Below, in pieces: positions 46,701 through 55,621 of a DNA stretch of 64,000 bases. This DNA comes from Acidimicrobiia bacterium. GTDB lineage: Bacteria > Actinomycetota > Acidimicrobiia > Spongiisociales > UBA11373. Under the pieces are notes generated by a model. That model searched no databases and was not told the origin of the DNA. It was given only the letters and a program-made list of their open reading frames with translations. The translations under genes were made by a program, and so were the position numbers. The stretch lies in NCBI GenBank assembly GCA_040878325.1, contig JBBDMM010000002.1, forward strand, positions 1-64,000. The letters are read 5' to 3'. Each line of letters starts with the position of its first letter. The stretch's first letter is position 1.

Positions 46701-47687
46701 TCAGAATTGCAGCGCGGCCGCGGCCCAATGGAACCCGGCGCCGAAAGCGGTGAGGATGACCAGGTCGCCGGCGCCGATGCGGCTCTCCTCACGCGCCTGC
46801 GCCAGGGCAAGGGGCACCGATGCCGAGCCGGTGTTGCCGAAGCGATCGACGTTCACGAACATCCGATCCTCGGCCAACCCGAGCCGGGATCGCACTGCTT
46901 CGAGGATCCGCAGGTTCGCCTGGTGCGGAATCACCAGGGCCACGTCGTCCAGTGACTTGCCGATCTTCTCGAGCAGACTCTCGGTCGAGGCGGTCATCCG
47001 GCGCACGGCCTCGCGGAAGACCTCACGGCCGTTCATCACGATGTCGTGCTGGCCACCCTTCTCCGCTTCCGCGGTGGTGAAGGGGCGCCGGGTCCCCCCG
47101 GTCTCGAGGGTGAGGATCCCGGCACGGCTTCCATCGGTACCCGAATTCGCCCCGATCAGTTCGGCTTTGATGTCGCCCCGGCCGACCACGACCGCCCCGG
47201 CGGCGTCTCCGAACAGGACACAGGTGTTCCGATCCTCCCAGTCCATCAGCCGGGAGATGAGCTCGACCCCCACCACCAACACGCGGTCGGCCCCGGTCAT
47301 CACCCGCGACTTCGCCACGTCGAGCCCGAGTACGAAGCCGGCGCAGCCACTCCCTCCGAGGTCGAAGGCCGGGACCTCACGAGCGCCGAGGCGGTGCTGG
47401 AGGAATGCGGCGGTGTCCGGCGTGTACACCTCGGGGGTATCGGACGCCACGATTATCTCGTCGAGATCGGTCGCCGCCAGACCAGCATCGGCCAGCGCCT
47501 TGTCGGCGGCGGCGGCGGCGAGGTCGAGGGTCGTCTCGTCGTCGGCGGCGTAACGGCGCTCCTTGATGCCAGTGCGCTCGGTGATCCAGGCATCATCGGT
47601 ATCGACGAGCTTCGACCAGTCGTCATTGGTCATGACTCGCGTGGGGGTGTACGAACCGAAACCCAGCAGACCGATGCGACTGGTCAC
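46701..47687 (-). CDS. fabH: 3-oxoacyl-ACP synthase III
   Basis: WI.ERTGI, GCAGF, LFGDAAGA, PHQAN, GNT, AFGAG. Confidence 0.93.
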   Translation of the reverse strand: MTSRIGLLGFGSYTPTRVMTNDDWSKLVDTDDAWITERTGIKERRYAADDETTLDLAAAAADKALADAGLAATDLDEIIVASDTPEVYTPDTAAFLQHRLGAREVPAFDLGGSGCAGFVLGLDVAKSRVMTGADRVLVVGVELISRLMDWEDRNTCVLFGDAAGAVVVGRGDIKAELIGANSGTDGSRAGILTLETGGTRRPFTTAEAEKGGQHDIVMNGREVFREAVRRMTASTESLLEKIGKSLDDVALVIPHQANLRILEAVRSRLGLAEDRMFVNVDRFGNTGSASVPLALAQAREESRIGAGDLVILTAFGAGFHWAAAALQF

Positions 47688-47808
47688 TACACCTCTTTCG
47701 GCTTCTCCTGGACACGTTACGCCGCCATCGAAGGCCGCGCGGTCCGGCGCGCGAGCACGGATTCGGAATGGCCGCGGGAGCGGGGGAGAATGTGACCCGG
47801 TCAGCCGA

Positions 47809-48336
47809 ATGGAACTCGCACTCACCTCTCTCGGGATCTTCCTCTTGCGCATCGGCGATGTGTCGATCGCCAGTGTCCGCATCGTCACGCTCATGCGCGG
47901 CCGCATCGTGCTGGCTGCAGTGCTCGGGTTCTTCGAATCGCTGTTCTGGGTGAGCGCGGCCGCGATCGTGTTCACCAACCTCGACAACCCGGTGCGTATC
48001 GTCGCGTTTGCCGCGGGATTCGCCGCCGGCACCCTGCTCGGCGGCTACATCGAGCGCTGGTTGGCGATGGGCACCGCATTCATTCGTATCGTCGCCCCCA
48101 TCGACTCGCCCGCGGTCGCCCCCGCCCTACGGGAGAGGGGGTACGCGGTCACCGTCGTCAATGCCGAGGGCCGCGACGGTGAGGTGCGAGTGACGTTCCT
48201 GGTGCTCCCCCGCCGCCAGGCAAGGCTGGCCATGGGGATCATCCACACCACCAACCCGGCGGCGTTCGTGACCATCGAAGACATCCGGATCGCCGAGGTG
48301 GCGCGGCGATATCGCGCCAGCACGGTCAGGAAGTAG
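47809..48336 (+). CDS. UPF0316/DUF2179 membrane protein
   Basis: RIGDVS, GFFESL.W, GFAAG..LG, LRERGYAVT...AEG. Confidence 0.85.
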   Translation: MELALTSLGIFLLRIGDVSIASVRIVTLMRGRIVLAAVLGFFESLFWVSAAAIVFTNLDNPVRIVAFAAGFAAGTLLGGYIERWLAMGTAFIRIVAPIDSPAVAPALRERGYAVTVVNAEGRDGEVRVTFLVLPRRQARLAMGIIHTTNPAAFVTIEDIRIAEVARRYRASTVRK

Positions 48337-48404
48337 CCGGCCGGCGGACGGATGCGGTCCGACTCTGGGGGTCGTAGCATCTAGCATCCACGTACAGGAG
48401 GAAC

Positions 48405-49721
48405 ATGCCGACTCGCGTCGTCATTCTCGGGGCCGCAGGCAGGGACTTTCACAACTTCAACGTCCTCTACCGCGACAACCCCGAGTTCGAGGTCATCGCA
48501 TTCACCGCCACCCAGATCCCCGACATCGCCGGGCGGAAGTACCCGACTGAGCTCGCCGGCAAGCTGTACCCCAATGGGGTCGCGATCCATCCGGAGGAGG
48601 ACCTGGAGAAGCTGATCACAGATCACAAGGTCGATCTCGTCGTCTTCTCCTACTCCGACGTCTCCCATGAGCATGTGATGCACCTCGCGGCGCGCTCGGT
48701 GGCCAGCGGGGCGGCCTATCACATGCCGGGCGGCGAGACGATGCTCCACTCCAAGAAGCCCGTGATATCGGTGACTGCCGCTCGCACCGGGTCGGGGAAG
48801 AGCCAGACCAGCCGCAAGATCCGGGGAATCGTCGCTGCATCAGGCAAGACCGCTGCCGCCATCCGACACCCGATGCCTTACGGGAACCTGGTCAAGCAGC
48901 GTCTGCAGCGGTTCGAGACCTTTGCCGACCTCGACAAGGCCGAGGCAACGATCGAAGAGCGCGAGGAGTACGAGCCCTACCTCCTCGACGGCGCGGTGGT
49001 ATTCGCCGGCGCCGATTACGCGGCCATCCTCGAGGCAGCCGAGGCCGAGGCCGAGATCATCCTTTGGGATGGCGGCAACAACGACACGCCGTTCATCGCC
49101 CCGAACATCGACATCTGCGTGCTCGACCCGCATCGGGCCGGACACGAACTGCGGTACTGGCCGGGTGAGGCGAACCTGCGTCGCGCCAACGTGATCGTGA
49201 TCAACAAGGTGGACTCGGCCAAGCCCGAGGACCTGGAAACCGTTCGCCGGAACATCGCGTATGCCAATCCCGACGCCACCGTCATCGAGGCCGAATCGCA
49301 AGTGCGGGTGGACGACCCCTCGACGATCAAGGGCAAGCGGGCGCTCGTCATCGAAGACGGCCCAACCACCACCCACGGCGACATGGGTTTTGGCGCCGGG
49401 CTCATCGCGGCGAAGCGACATGGGGCGTCCGCGATCATCGATCCGCGCAAGTACGCGGTCGGTTCGATCGCCACGATGTTCGAGACGTACACCCACCTCG
49501 CCGACGTGTTGCCGGCGATGGGTTACGGAGACAAGCAGCGGATGGAACTCCGAGAGACGATCCACGCGGCAGCCAAGGACGCCGATGTGATCGTGATCGG
49601 AACCCCGATCGACCTCGCCCGGGTCCTCGACCTCGAGGTTCCCAGCGTCAGGGTCTTCTATGACCTGGTCGAGGTGAAGGGCCCCACCCTGGAAGAGGTG
49701 CTCAAGCCCCTGCTCGGCTGA
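48405..49721 (+). CDS. COG2403 P-loop synthetase (cyclic 2,3-diphosphoglycerate synthase-like)
   Basis: GAAGRDFHNFN, RTGSGKS, RHPMPYG, EEREEYE, WDGGNND; AGGAGG RBS. Confidence 0.85.
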   Translation: MPTRVVILGAAGRDFHNFNVLYRDNPEFEVIAFTATQIPDIAGRKYPTELAGKLYPNGVAIHPEEDLEKLITDHKVDLVVFSYSDVSHEHVMHLAARSVASGAAYHMPGGETMLHSKKPVISVTAARTGSGKSQTSRKIRGIVAASGKTAAAIRHPMPYGNLVKQRLQRFETFADLDKAEATIEEREEYEPYLLDGAVVFAGADYAAILEAAEAEAEIILWDGGNNDTPFIAPNIDICVLDPHRAGHELRYWPGEANLRRANVIVINKVDSAKPEDLETVRRNIAYANPDATVIEAESQVRVDDPSTIKGKRALVIEDGPTTTHGDMGFGAGLIAAKRHGASAIIDPRKYAVGSIATMFETYTHLADVLPAMGYGDKQRMELRETIHAAAKDADVIVIGTPIDLARVLDLEVPSVRVFYDLVEVKGPTLEEVLKPLLG

Positions 49722-49792
49722 CCTCCATCGAGGAATCGACCGGGTCGAACAACACCTGGCGGACTTCGGGCTCACCAACGTGATGCGGTGAC

Positions 49793-52700
49793 CTACTGAG
49801 CGCCGCCGACCCCCGTCGGTGGGATGATCGTGGTCACCACCGGCTCCCGCGTCGTGGTGGTCGCGTTCGGGTCGGTGGTCGTGGTGGCACCGGCGACGGT
49901 GGTGGTCGTCGTCGCCCCACCCGACACCGCCGACCGTTCCAGCGACCCGCCGATGGCGTAGACCACGCCATCGGTGCCGGTGACGAACACGACCCCGTCG
50001 AGCACGGCCACCGACGACACGATGGCGTTGCTCGTGTGCCACCTCCAGAACACCTCGCCGGCGGGATCTTCGGGGTTGAGGGCGAGGGCGAACACCGTGC
50101 CCGCGTTGTTGCCGAAGTACACCGTGTCGCCGGCGACGATCGGCGCCGACTGAATCAACGCCCCGGAGTGGAAGATCCACTCGAACGCCTCCGGGTCGTT
50201 GTTGTTCAGGTCGATCGCGACCAGGCTCGGACCGTTGGGCACGAGGAGCAGATCACCCACGATGACCGGGGTGGCCGACACCCCGCCAGTGAACTGGTAG
50301 ACGAACCCACGGTTGGCCGGGCCTCGATCGCAGTCACCGAGGTTACGCGGGTACACCTGGCCCTCGGCGGTGGCTATATAGACGACGCCCCCCGAGATGA
50401 TCGGGCTGTAGTCGATGTTCCCCAGAGCGGCCGACTCGCAGATCCCCTCGCCCGTTTCTGCGTTGATCAGGTACAGGCGACCTTGTGAGCCCCTCGTCGT
50501 CACGTAGACGATGCCCTCGTGGTAGGCCGGCGCAGCACGCACCGGCCCCATCGCATCGCCTTCGAACTCGGAGAAGGTCCACTCGATCTCCCGGCTGAGC
50601 GGCAGCATGGAGATGATCTCGGCGGAGTTCGGCCGGCTCGACGCAACGATCACTCGGGAATCCACCATCACGGGAGCGCCGACGATGCTCCCGTTGGTGG
50701 GTACCTCCCAGAAGGGTCCAGTGCCGGCGACCAGCGCGTCGCGGAAATAGACGGTCCCACTGGCGTCGCCGAACGCGATGATCGTGCGGGCACCGCCCTG
50801 GCCGCCGACTCCCCCCTCGGCCACCCCGCCCACCGCGGGGGTGGCCCGCAGGGCGTCACCGGCCGAGAAGTTCCACAGCTCCGAGCCGTCGGTCATGTCG
50901 AGGGCATACAGCGTGTTGTCAGAACTGGCGATGAACGTCCATTGTCCGAAGGTGATGGGCGAAGCCACGATCGGATCGGCGGTGGGGAAGGTCCAGTAGG
51001 CACCTTCCGCAGTACCGACCCCTCTGGCCGCCGGGCTGACCCCGGATCGACCGTTGTCGACGCCGTAGATCCAGCTGCCGAGGAACCGATTCTCCGGCGC
51101 GGCGAGACGGCGGTCCTCGAGTGCAAGCGTGGTCGTGGTCGTAGTGCCTTCGGTGGTCGAAGCCGCCTCCGGAGTCGTCGACTCGGGGGCAAAGAGGGTC
51201 ACCATCGTGAAACTGACGGCACCGGCCAGCGCGACTACCGCCGCAGCCGTGGTGATTCGCCGGGCCCACGACGTCACCTGACGCCGGCGCACCAGGCCCT
51301 GGGCGCGACGTTGGGCAGGGCTGAGCACCTCGTATCCGGCCAGTCCCGCCTCCGTCACGACCTGGGCCCACTGGGCGGTGAGGGTGTCGGCCGCGGCCTG
51401 GTCGTCGACGACCTCCACGCGCAGAGCGGCAGCGACATGAGGCAGTGAGGTCCACTCGTTTGCCCAAGACTCGGGCAAGTGGTGCATAACCCCTTGGGCG
51501 GCAAAGGCGACCGCCTGGCCACCGGGGTCGGACCACAGCGAAGCGGCATCGGCGGCCCGGATGGCCACCGTCGGCAGTCCCAGGTCGATGGCCAGGCCCG
51601 CAGCGGAGAGGGCGAGCTCGGGATCCTTCTCCCGCTTCGAGCGCTCGATCATCAGCTCGACGGACGGGAGGTTCCACCTTGCCTGGAGCAACTCGTCGGT
51701 CAGATCTTCGACGGCCTTCTTCGGCCACGGCGCATCCTTCGGCAGGGCGAGAAGTCGGACGACCTCGATCTCCTTGCGCAGCCGAAGACCGTCGACACCT
51801 TCAGGGGTCACTGCCAGGGCGGCACCGGCTTCGGCGGACGCCTCGTCGAGTCGCCCGAGCCCGGTGAGCGCCCGAGCGCGGAGAATCCTGGCGCGGTTCT
51901 CCCACGCGGGAAGGTCAGACAAGGCGTACTGCAGGACCCGGTCGGCAGACCCCAAGGCCTCCTCGCACCTCTCGAAGTACAAGGCTCCTTCGGCGCGGGC
52001 GATCGCGGCGAGGAACGAGATGACCGGGGCGCCCAAGTCGTAAGCGGACGCCTCGGCGCGCCCTACTGCTTCCAATGCCCCCTTGGGGTGCCCTGAGGCA
52101 AAAGCGGCTCTCGCCCAGTAGACCTCTTTGTCGGCGTGGGAAAAGGGTCCTTCGAGTTCGAGGGCCTCGCCGCGGAGCCGGTCGAAGCTGGTCTCGGCGT
52201 CTCGTGCCTCGCCACGATCGAGCTGGACCCAAGCGCGATTGACACGCCCGGTGAACCGCTGGCTCTCATTCCCATACTTGGTCAGGATTTCGAGTCCGGT
52301 CTCGAGGACCCGGTCCGACTCGCGGGGGAAACCGATGCGGCTCAGTACTCGACCGCGCAAGGTGAGCATCGACCCCGCCTCGGCGGGGGTGCCGGCGGCC
52401 CACGCCTCGCCCTCGCCCAGGGCGGCGTAGGTCTCGGCGCGCTGGGACTCCTGGAGGTCGTCGGCAACCACCGTCGTAAAGCGCAGAGCATCCACTCGCT
52501 CCAGTCCTTCGAGCCAGCGGACGGCCAACTCGAGGTCTTGCATGGCATCGTGCGAGCGTCCGGTGGAACGAAGATGCCGGGCGCGGATGAGGTGGAGCTT
52601 CCCCTGAGTAGGCCGATCGAGCCCGGGGGCGTGTCCTTGGGCATCGAGTGCAAGGCCCGCCAGGTCGGCAGCCGCCCGCGGATCGGCGCCCGCAGCCAGC

Positions 52701-53047
52701 GCCGCAGAGGCGAGGGGATCGCGCGCCTCCTGCCAGCGTCCGCCGGTCGCATACAAGCGGCCGATGTCGGCCGGGCTACCCCCGCGGGCCGCGATCACTT
52801 CGGCAAGGGACGCCGCCAGTTGGCCGTCGCGAACCGCTGATGCATCGCTGTCGTCGGCCTGCGAGCCAGGGGCGAATCCGCCGTCACGGAATTCGAGCTG
52901 TTCGCTGGCTACCAGAAGCTCACCCTCATCGACGATCGAACCAACTTCGACGCCGAGTGCCGCCGCCGCTTCTTCGGGTCTCAACGGGCGGGGTGAGAGG
53001 CGCGCGAGCGCCCTCAGGTCACGACTGACATTGGCCAACTTGCCCAC
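49793..53047 (-). CDS. TPR-like region, single TM and PQQ/BamB-like beta-propeller protein
   Basis: Helical Ala-rich repeats; TM after RRR; repeated LYALD..G..W units; Thr-rich tail. Confidence 0.8.
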   Translation of the reverse strand: MGKLANVSRDLRALARLSPRPLRPEEAAAALGVEVGSIVDEGELLVASEQLEFRDGGFAPGSQADDSDASAVRDGQLAASLAEVIAARGGSPADIGRLYATGGRWQEARDPLASAALAAGADPRAAADLAGLALDAQGHAPGLDRPTQGKLHLIRARHLRSTGRSHDAMQDLELAVRWLEGLERVDALRFTTVVADDLQESQRAETYAALGEGEAWAAGTPAEAGSMLTLRGRVLSRIGFPRESDRVLETGLEILTKYGNESQRFTGRVNRAWVQLDRGEARDAETSFDRLRGEALELEGPFSHADKEVYWARAAFASGHPKGALEAVGRAEASAYDLGAPVISFLAAIARAEGALYFERCEEALGSADRVLQYALSDLPAWENRARILRARALTGLGRLDEASAEAGAALAVTPEGVDGLRLRKEIEVVRLLALPKDAPWPKKAVEDLTDELLQARWNLPSVELMIERSKREKDPELALSAAGLAIDLGLPTVAIRAADAASLWSDPGGQAVAFAAQGVMHHLPESWANEWTSLPHVAAALRVEVVDDQAAADTLTAQWAQVVTEAGLAGYEVLSPAQRRAQGLVRRRQVTSWARRITTAAAVVALAGAVSFTMVTLFAPESTTPEAASTTEGTTTTTTLALEDRRLAAPENRFLGSWIYGVDNGRSGVSPAARGVGTAEGAYWTFPTADPIVASPITFGQWTFIASSDNTLYALDMTDGSELWNFSAGDALRATPAVGGVAEGGVGGQGGARTIIAFGDASGTVYFRDALVAGTGPFWEVPTNGSIVGAPVMVDSRVIVASSRPNSAEIISMLPLSREIEWTFSEFEGDAMGPVRAAPAYHEGIVYVTTRGSQGRLYLINAETGEGICESAALGNIDYSPIISGGVVYIATAEGQVYPRNLGDCDRGPANRGFVYQFTGGVSATPVIVGDLLLVPNGPSLVAIDLNNNDPEAFEWIFHSGALIQSAPIVAGDTVYFGNNAGTVFALALNPEDPAGEVFWRWHTSNAIVSSVAVLDGVVFVTGTDGVVYAIGGSLERSAVSGGATTTTTVAGATTTTDPNATTTTREPVVTTIIPPTGVGGAQ

Positions 53048-53120
53048 CCCTTTGGTCCGAGAGGCTCACGACGATCATGGGGACATTACTGATTCGCCGG
53101 CCTCGCTGGAGCGGGCGCGA

Positions 53121-53149
53121 TGAAGGGGCGGGGATAAGCCCGCCCCTTC
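53121..53149. terminator. 12-bp hairpin
   Basis: TGAAGGGGCGGG-ataag-CCCGCCCCTTCA. Confidence 0.7.
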
Positions 53150-53163
53150 AATCAGCCTTGGGT

Positions 53164-53814
53164 TCAGCCCCCGAAGAGCTCGGCCCAATGCTGCGCCACC
53201 TCGGTGTCGTAGCTATACGAGTAGCCGCAGGCCCACACGAAGCCATCCTCACCTGAGATCAGATACCGCTCACCCACTTCGAGCTGGGTGCCTACCAGGG
53301 CGATCGACCCGTCGTCGACCAGGATCCCGGCGTCGAGAGTGATCGTGTCGCCCTCGCCGCCCTTGAACCACTTGTGGACCTCGAAGGTCGCCAGGTTCTG
53401 GGGGAAATCGATGTCACCGCTGCCGGGAATCGTCTCCACCGAGACCAGTGTGCCGTCGAAGGCCACATCCAGACCGAGGAGGATCGCATCCTCGTACTGA
53501 ATGCACATCTGGGCGCCACCGCCCAGCGCTGCGCCGACGACGACTTCCTCGGGAGTCTCGTCCTGCCCGAACACCGCGTAAGCGCCCACCGCCATCGCGA
53601 CGACTGCCGCTGCCGATGCGGCGAAAGCGACGGGGCGCGCCCACGCTCGCTGTCTCCTGATCGGCTCCTGTTCCATCACATCCATGCTCGTAACCTCCTG
53701 GAAGAGGGCCCTTGCCTGGGCCCCACTGGTGTCGTTCGGCACCTCCAGCCGGTTGAGCGGGTCGGCGCGACGCAGTTGCTCGATGGGATCTCCCTCGAAA
53801 CCTTGTCTGCTCAT
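53164..53814 (-). CDS. Probable membrane anti-sigma factor
   Basis: ATGA overlap with ECF sigma; LRRADP start, single TM, two Cys in external domain. Confidence 0.65.
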   Translation of the reverse strand: MSRQGFEGDPIEQLRRADPLNRLEVPNDTSGAQARALFQEVTSMDVMEQEPIRRQRAWARPVAFAASAAAVVAMAVGAYAVFGQDETPEEVVVGAALGGGAQMCIQYEDAILLGLDVAFDGTLVSVETIPGSGDIDFPQNLATFEVHKWFKGGEGDTITLDAGILVDDGSIALVGTQLEVGERYLISGEDGFVWACGYSYSYDTEVAQHWAELFGG

Positions 53815-54401
53815 TCCCGTGTCACCTCTCCCAACTCTGTGCCATTCACCACTCCAGGTGTGCGGATGGCACCCTCGGATTTCACCTGATTCGGATTTCT
53901 TGTCCCGCGACGCTCCCATTCGCGGGCGAAGCGCTTCTTGGCTCGGTGCAGCCGAACCGCCGCAGTCGTGGGCGGAATGCCCAGCACCATGGCGATCTCG
54001 GGCGAGTCGAGGTCATCCCACACGTTGAGGGTGAGGATCTCCCGGTCGTCCGGCTTCAAGCGGTCGAGGGCCTCGTGGACCAGCTCGAATCCGCCATCAG
54101 ATCCCGCCGACTGCTCGCAGAGCCGGTCGTGCAGGCGGTCCCGGCGATCGGCCGAGCGGTAATGGTTCGCCAGCGTGCGCCGGGCCACGCCGTAGAACCA
54201 CGGGGTGGCACGCTCATCGGTCGGGATGTCATCGAGCCGGCGCCAGGCGGTGGCGAACACCTCGGCGACGATGTCGTCACTCTCGGACATCGACCGAGTC
54301 CGCCGGGCGACATAGGCGACGATGCGCGGATAGGCGCCGTCGTATAGGGCGCGGAATCTCTCGACCCGTTCAAAGTGGGCCGCGCTGATCGTGTCGCTCA
54401 C
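53811..54401 (-). CDS. ECF RNA polymerase sigma factor
   Basis: DIVAEVF..AWRR, WFYGVAR, L...DREIL...EIA..LG...VRLHRA. Confidence 0.92.
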   Translation of the reverse strand: MSDTISAAHFERVERFRALYDGAYPRIVAYVARRTRSMSESDDIVAEVFATAWRRLDDIPTDERATPWFYGVARRTLANHYRSADRRDRLHDRLCEQSAGSDGGFELVHEALDRLKPDDREILTLNVWDDLDSPEIAMVLGIPPTTAAVRLHRAKKRFAREWERRGTRNPNQVKSEGAIRTPGVVNGTELGEVTRE

Positions 54402-54495
54402 CCTCCTTTGAGTGCGAAACAACGAGTTTGGTTCCCGGGATTGAGCGAGGTCACTTCCGGGTAGGGAAGGGGGAAATCTTATGGGAGGAACCGAC

Positions 54496-54834
54496 ATGAA
54501 CCGCAGCCCGATACGACGCGTCCTCGCGGGACTCATTCCCCTGATTCTCGTGTTCAGCCTGAGCGCCTGTGCGGCGGAAGGCGAAGTGGACGTCACCATC
54601 GGCGACGGCGGCGACGGGGGTTCGGTGGACGCTTCTGGCTTCCTGCAGGGGATGCTCGACGGCTTCATCTCCCCGTTCACCGGAATCGCCTCGTTGTTCG
54701 ACAACTCGGTCGAAGTCTTCGATGACGGCAACGGCAACGACTACACCTTCGGATTCATCCTGGGTCTGCTGATAATCGTGTCGCTGCTCATATCCCTCCT
54801 TGGCGGAGGCCGCCGGTACTACTCGCGGAGGTAG
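54496..54834 (+). CDS. Small lipoprotein-like membrane protein
   Basis: GGGAGG RBS; LSAC lipobox; GF..G..DG...P, YTFGFILG. Confidence 0.7.
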   Translation: MNRSPIRRVLAGLIPLILVFSLSACAAEGEVDVTIGDGGDGGSVDASGFLQGMLDGFISPFTGIASLFDNSVEVFDDGNGNDYTFGFILGLLIIVSLLISLLGGGRRYYSRR

Positions 54835-54956
54835 GCGCGCTCGAGGTGCAAAGGTCCACGGGAGGCCCGACAAAGCCGACCGTGGACCTTTCGCTCCCCT
54901 CCAGACAGCCGAGGCGGCCCGCGTAAGCTCCCGGTCCGACTGCAAACGGAGGACCC

Positions 54957-55526
54957 ATGGCAAGCCGCCCGTCCTCGAACTCGATTGCCCTCGCGGGCGA
55001 GTTCGCGGTTCTATCCCAACTCGCGATCAACGGAATCGACGGCGGCCTGACACTCGGTAATACCAAGGGTGTTGACATCCTCGTGTCCGACCCAGACACG
55101 AACGACATGTACCAGCTTGAAGTGAAGACGCACTTGGTCGCCGATGGGACTGGCGCAACAGGAACTCGGGGGTACTGGGGCCACAACTTCGTGTGGTTGA
55201 TGGACAGGAAGCATGAGAGCCCTGGCTCGAATTCGCTCTTCTACTGCTTTGTGCTGGCACGACGTTCAGAGCCGTTCCGGTTCTTCGTCGTTCCGTCCGA
55301 CGTAACGGCGCACTATGTCCGAGGGCAGCACGCCCTTTGGCTGAGCGGCGACGAGAAGCGTAGAGACAACACGCGGCGGCAGTTTCGCCTTGCCCTTTCG
55401 GAGTCTGGATATCCACTGCCTACACCCATCGCCGCCAGGTACGAGGACAACTGGTCGTTCAGTCGGCAGTCCTGGCTCACGGCACCGTCACCCGACGCGA
55501 TGGATCCACAGATACGAACCGATTGA
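54957..55526 (+). CDS. PD-(D/E)xK nuclease-like protein
   Basis: AGE..V, GVDIL, LEVKT; GGAGG RBS. Confidence 0.7.
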   Translation: MASRPSSNSIALAGEFAVLSQLAINGIDGGLTLGNTKGVDILVSDPDTNDMYQLEVKTHLVADGTGATGTRGYWGHNFVWLMDRKHESPGSNSLFYCFVLARRSEPFRFFVVPSDVTAHYVRGQHALWLSGDEKRRDNTRRQFRLALSESGYPLPTPIAARYEDNWSFSRQSWLTAPSPDAMDPQIRTD

Positions 55527-55621
55527 TGTTGCACCCTCACACGTAGAGCGCTACACCTCGGAAGACCATCGCGGAGACCCAAACTCACACAGAGCATGGA
55601 TCGGCCGCTGGAATCGCAGAA

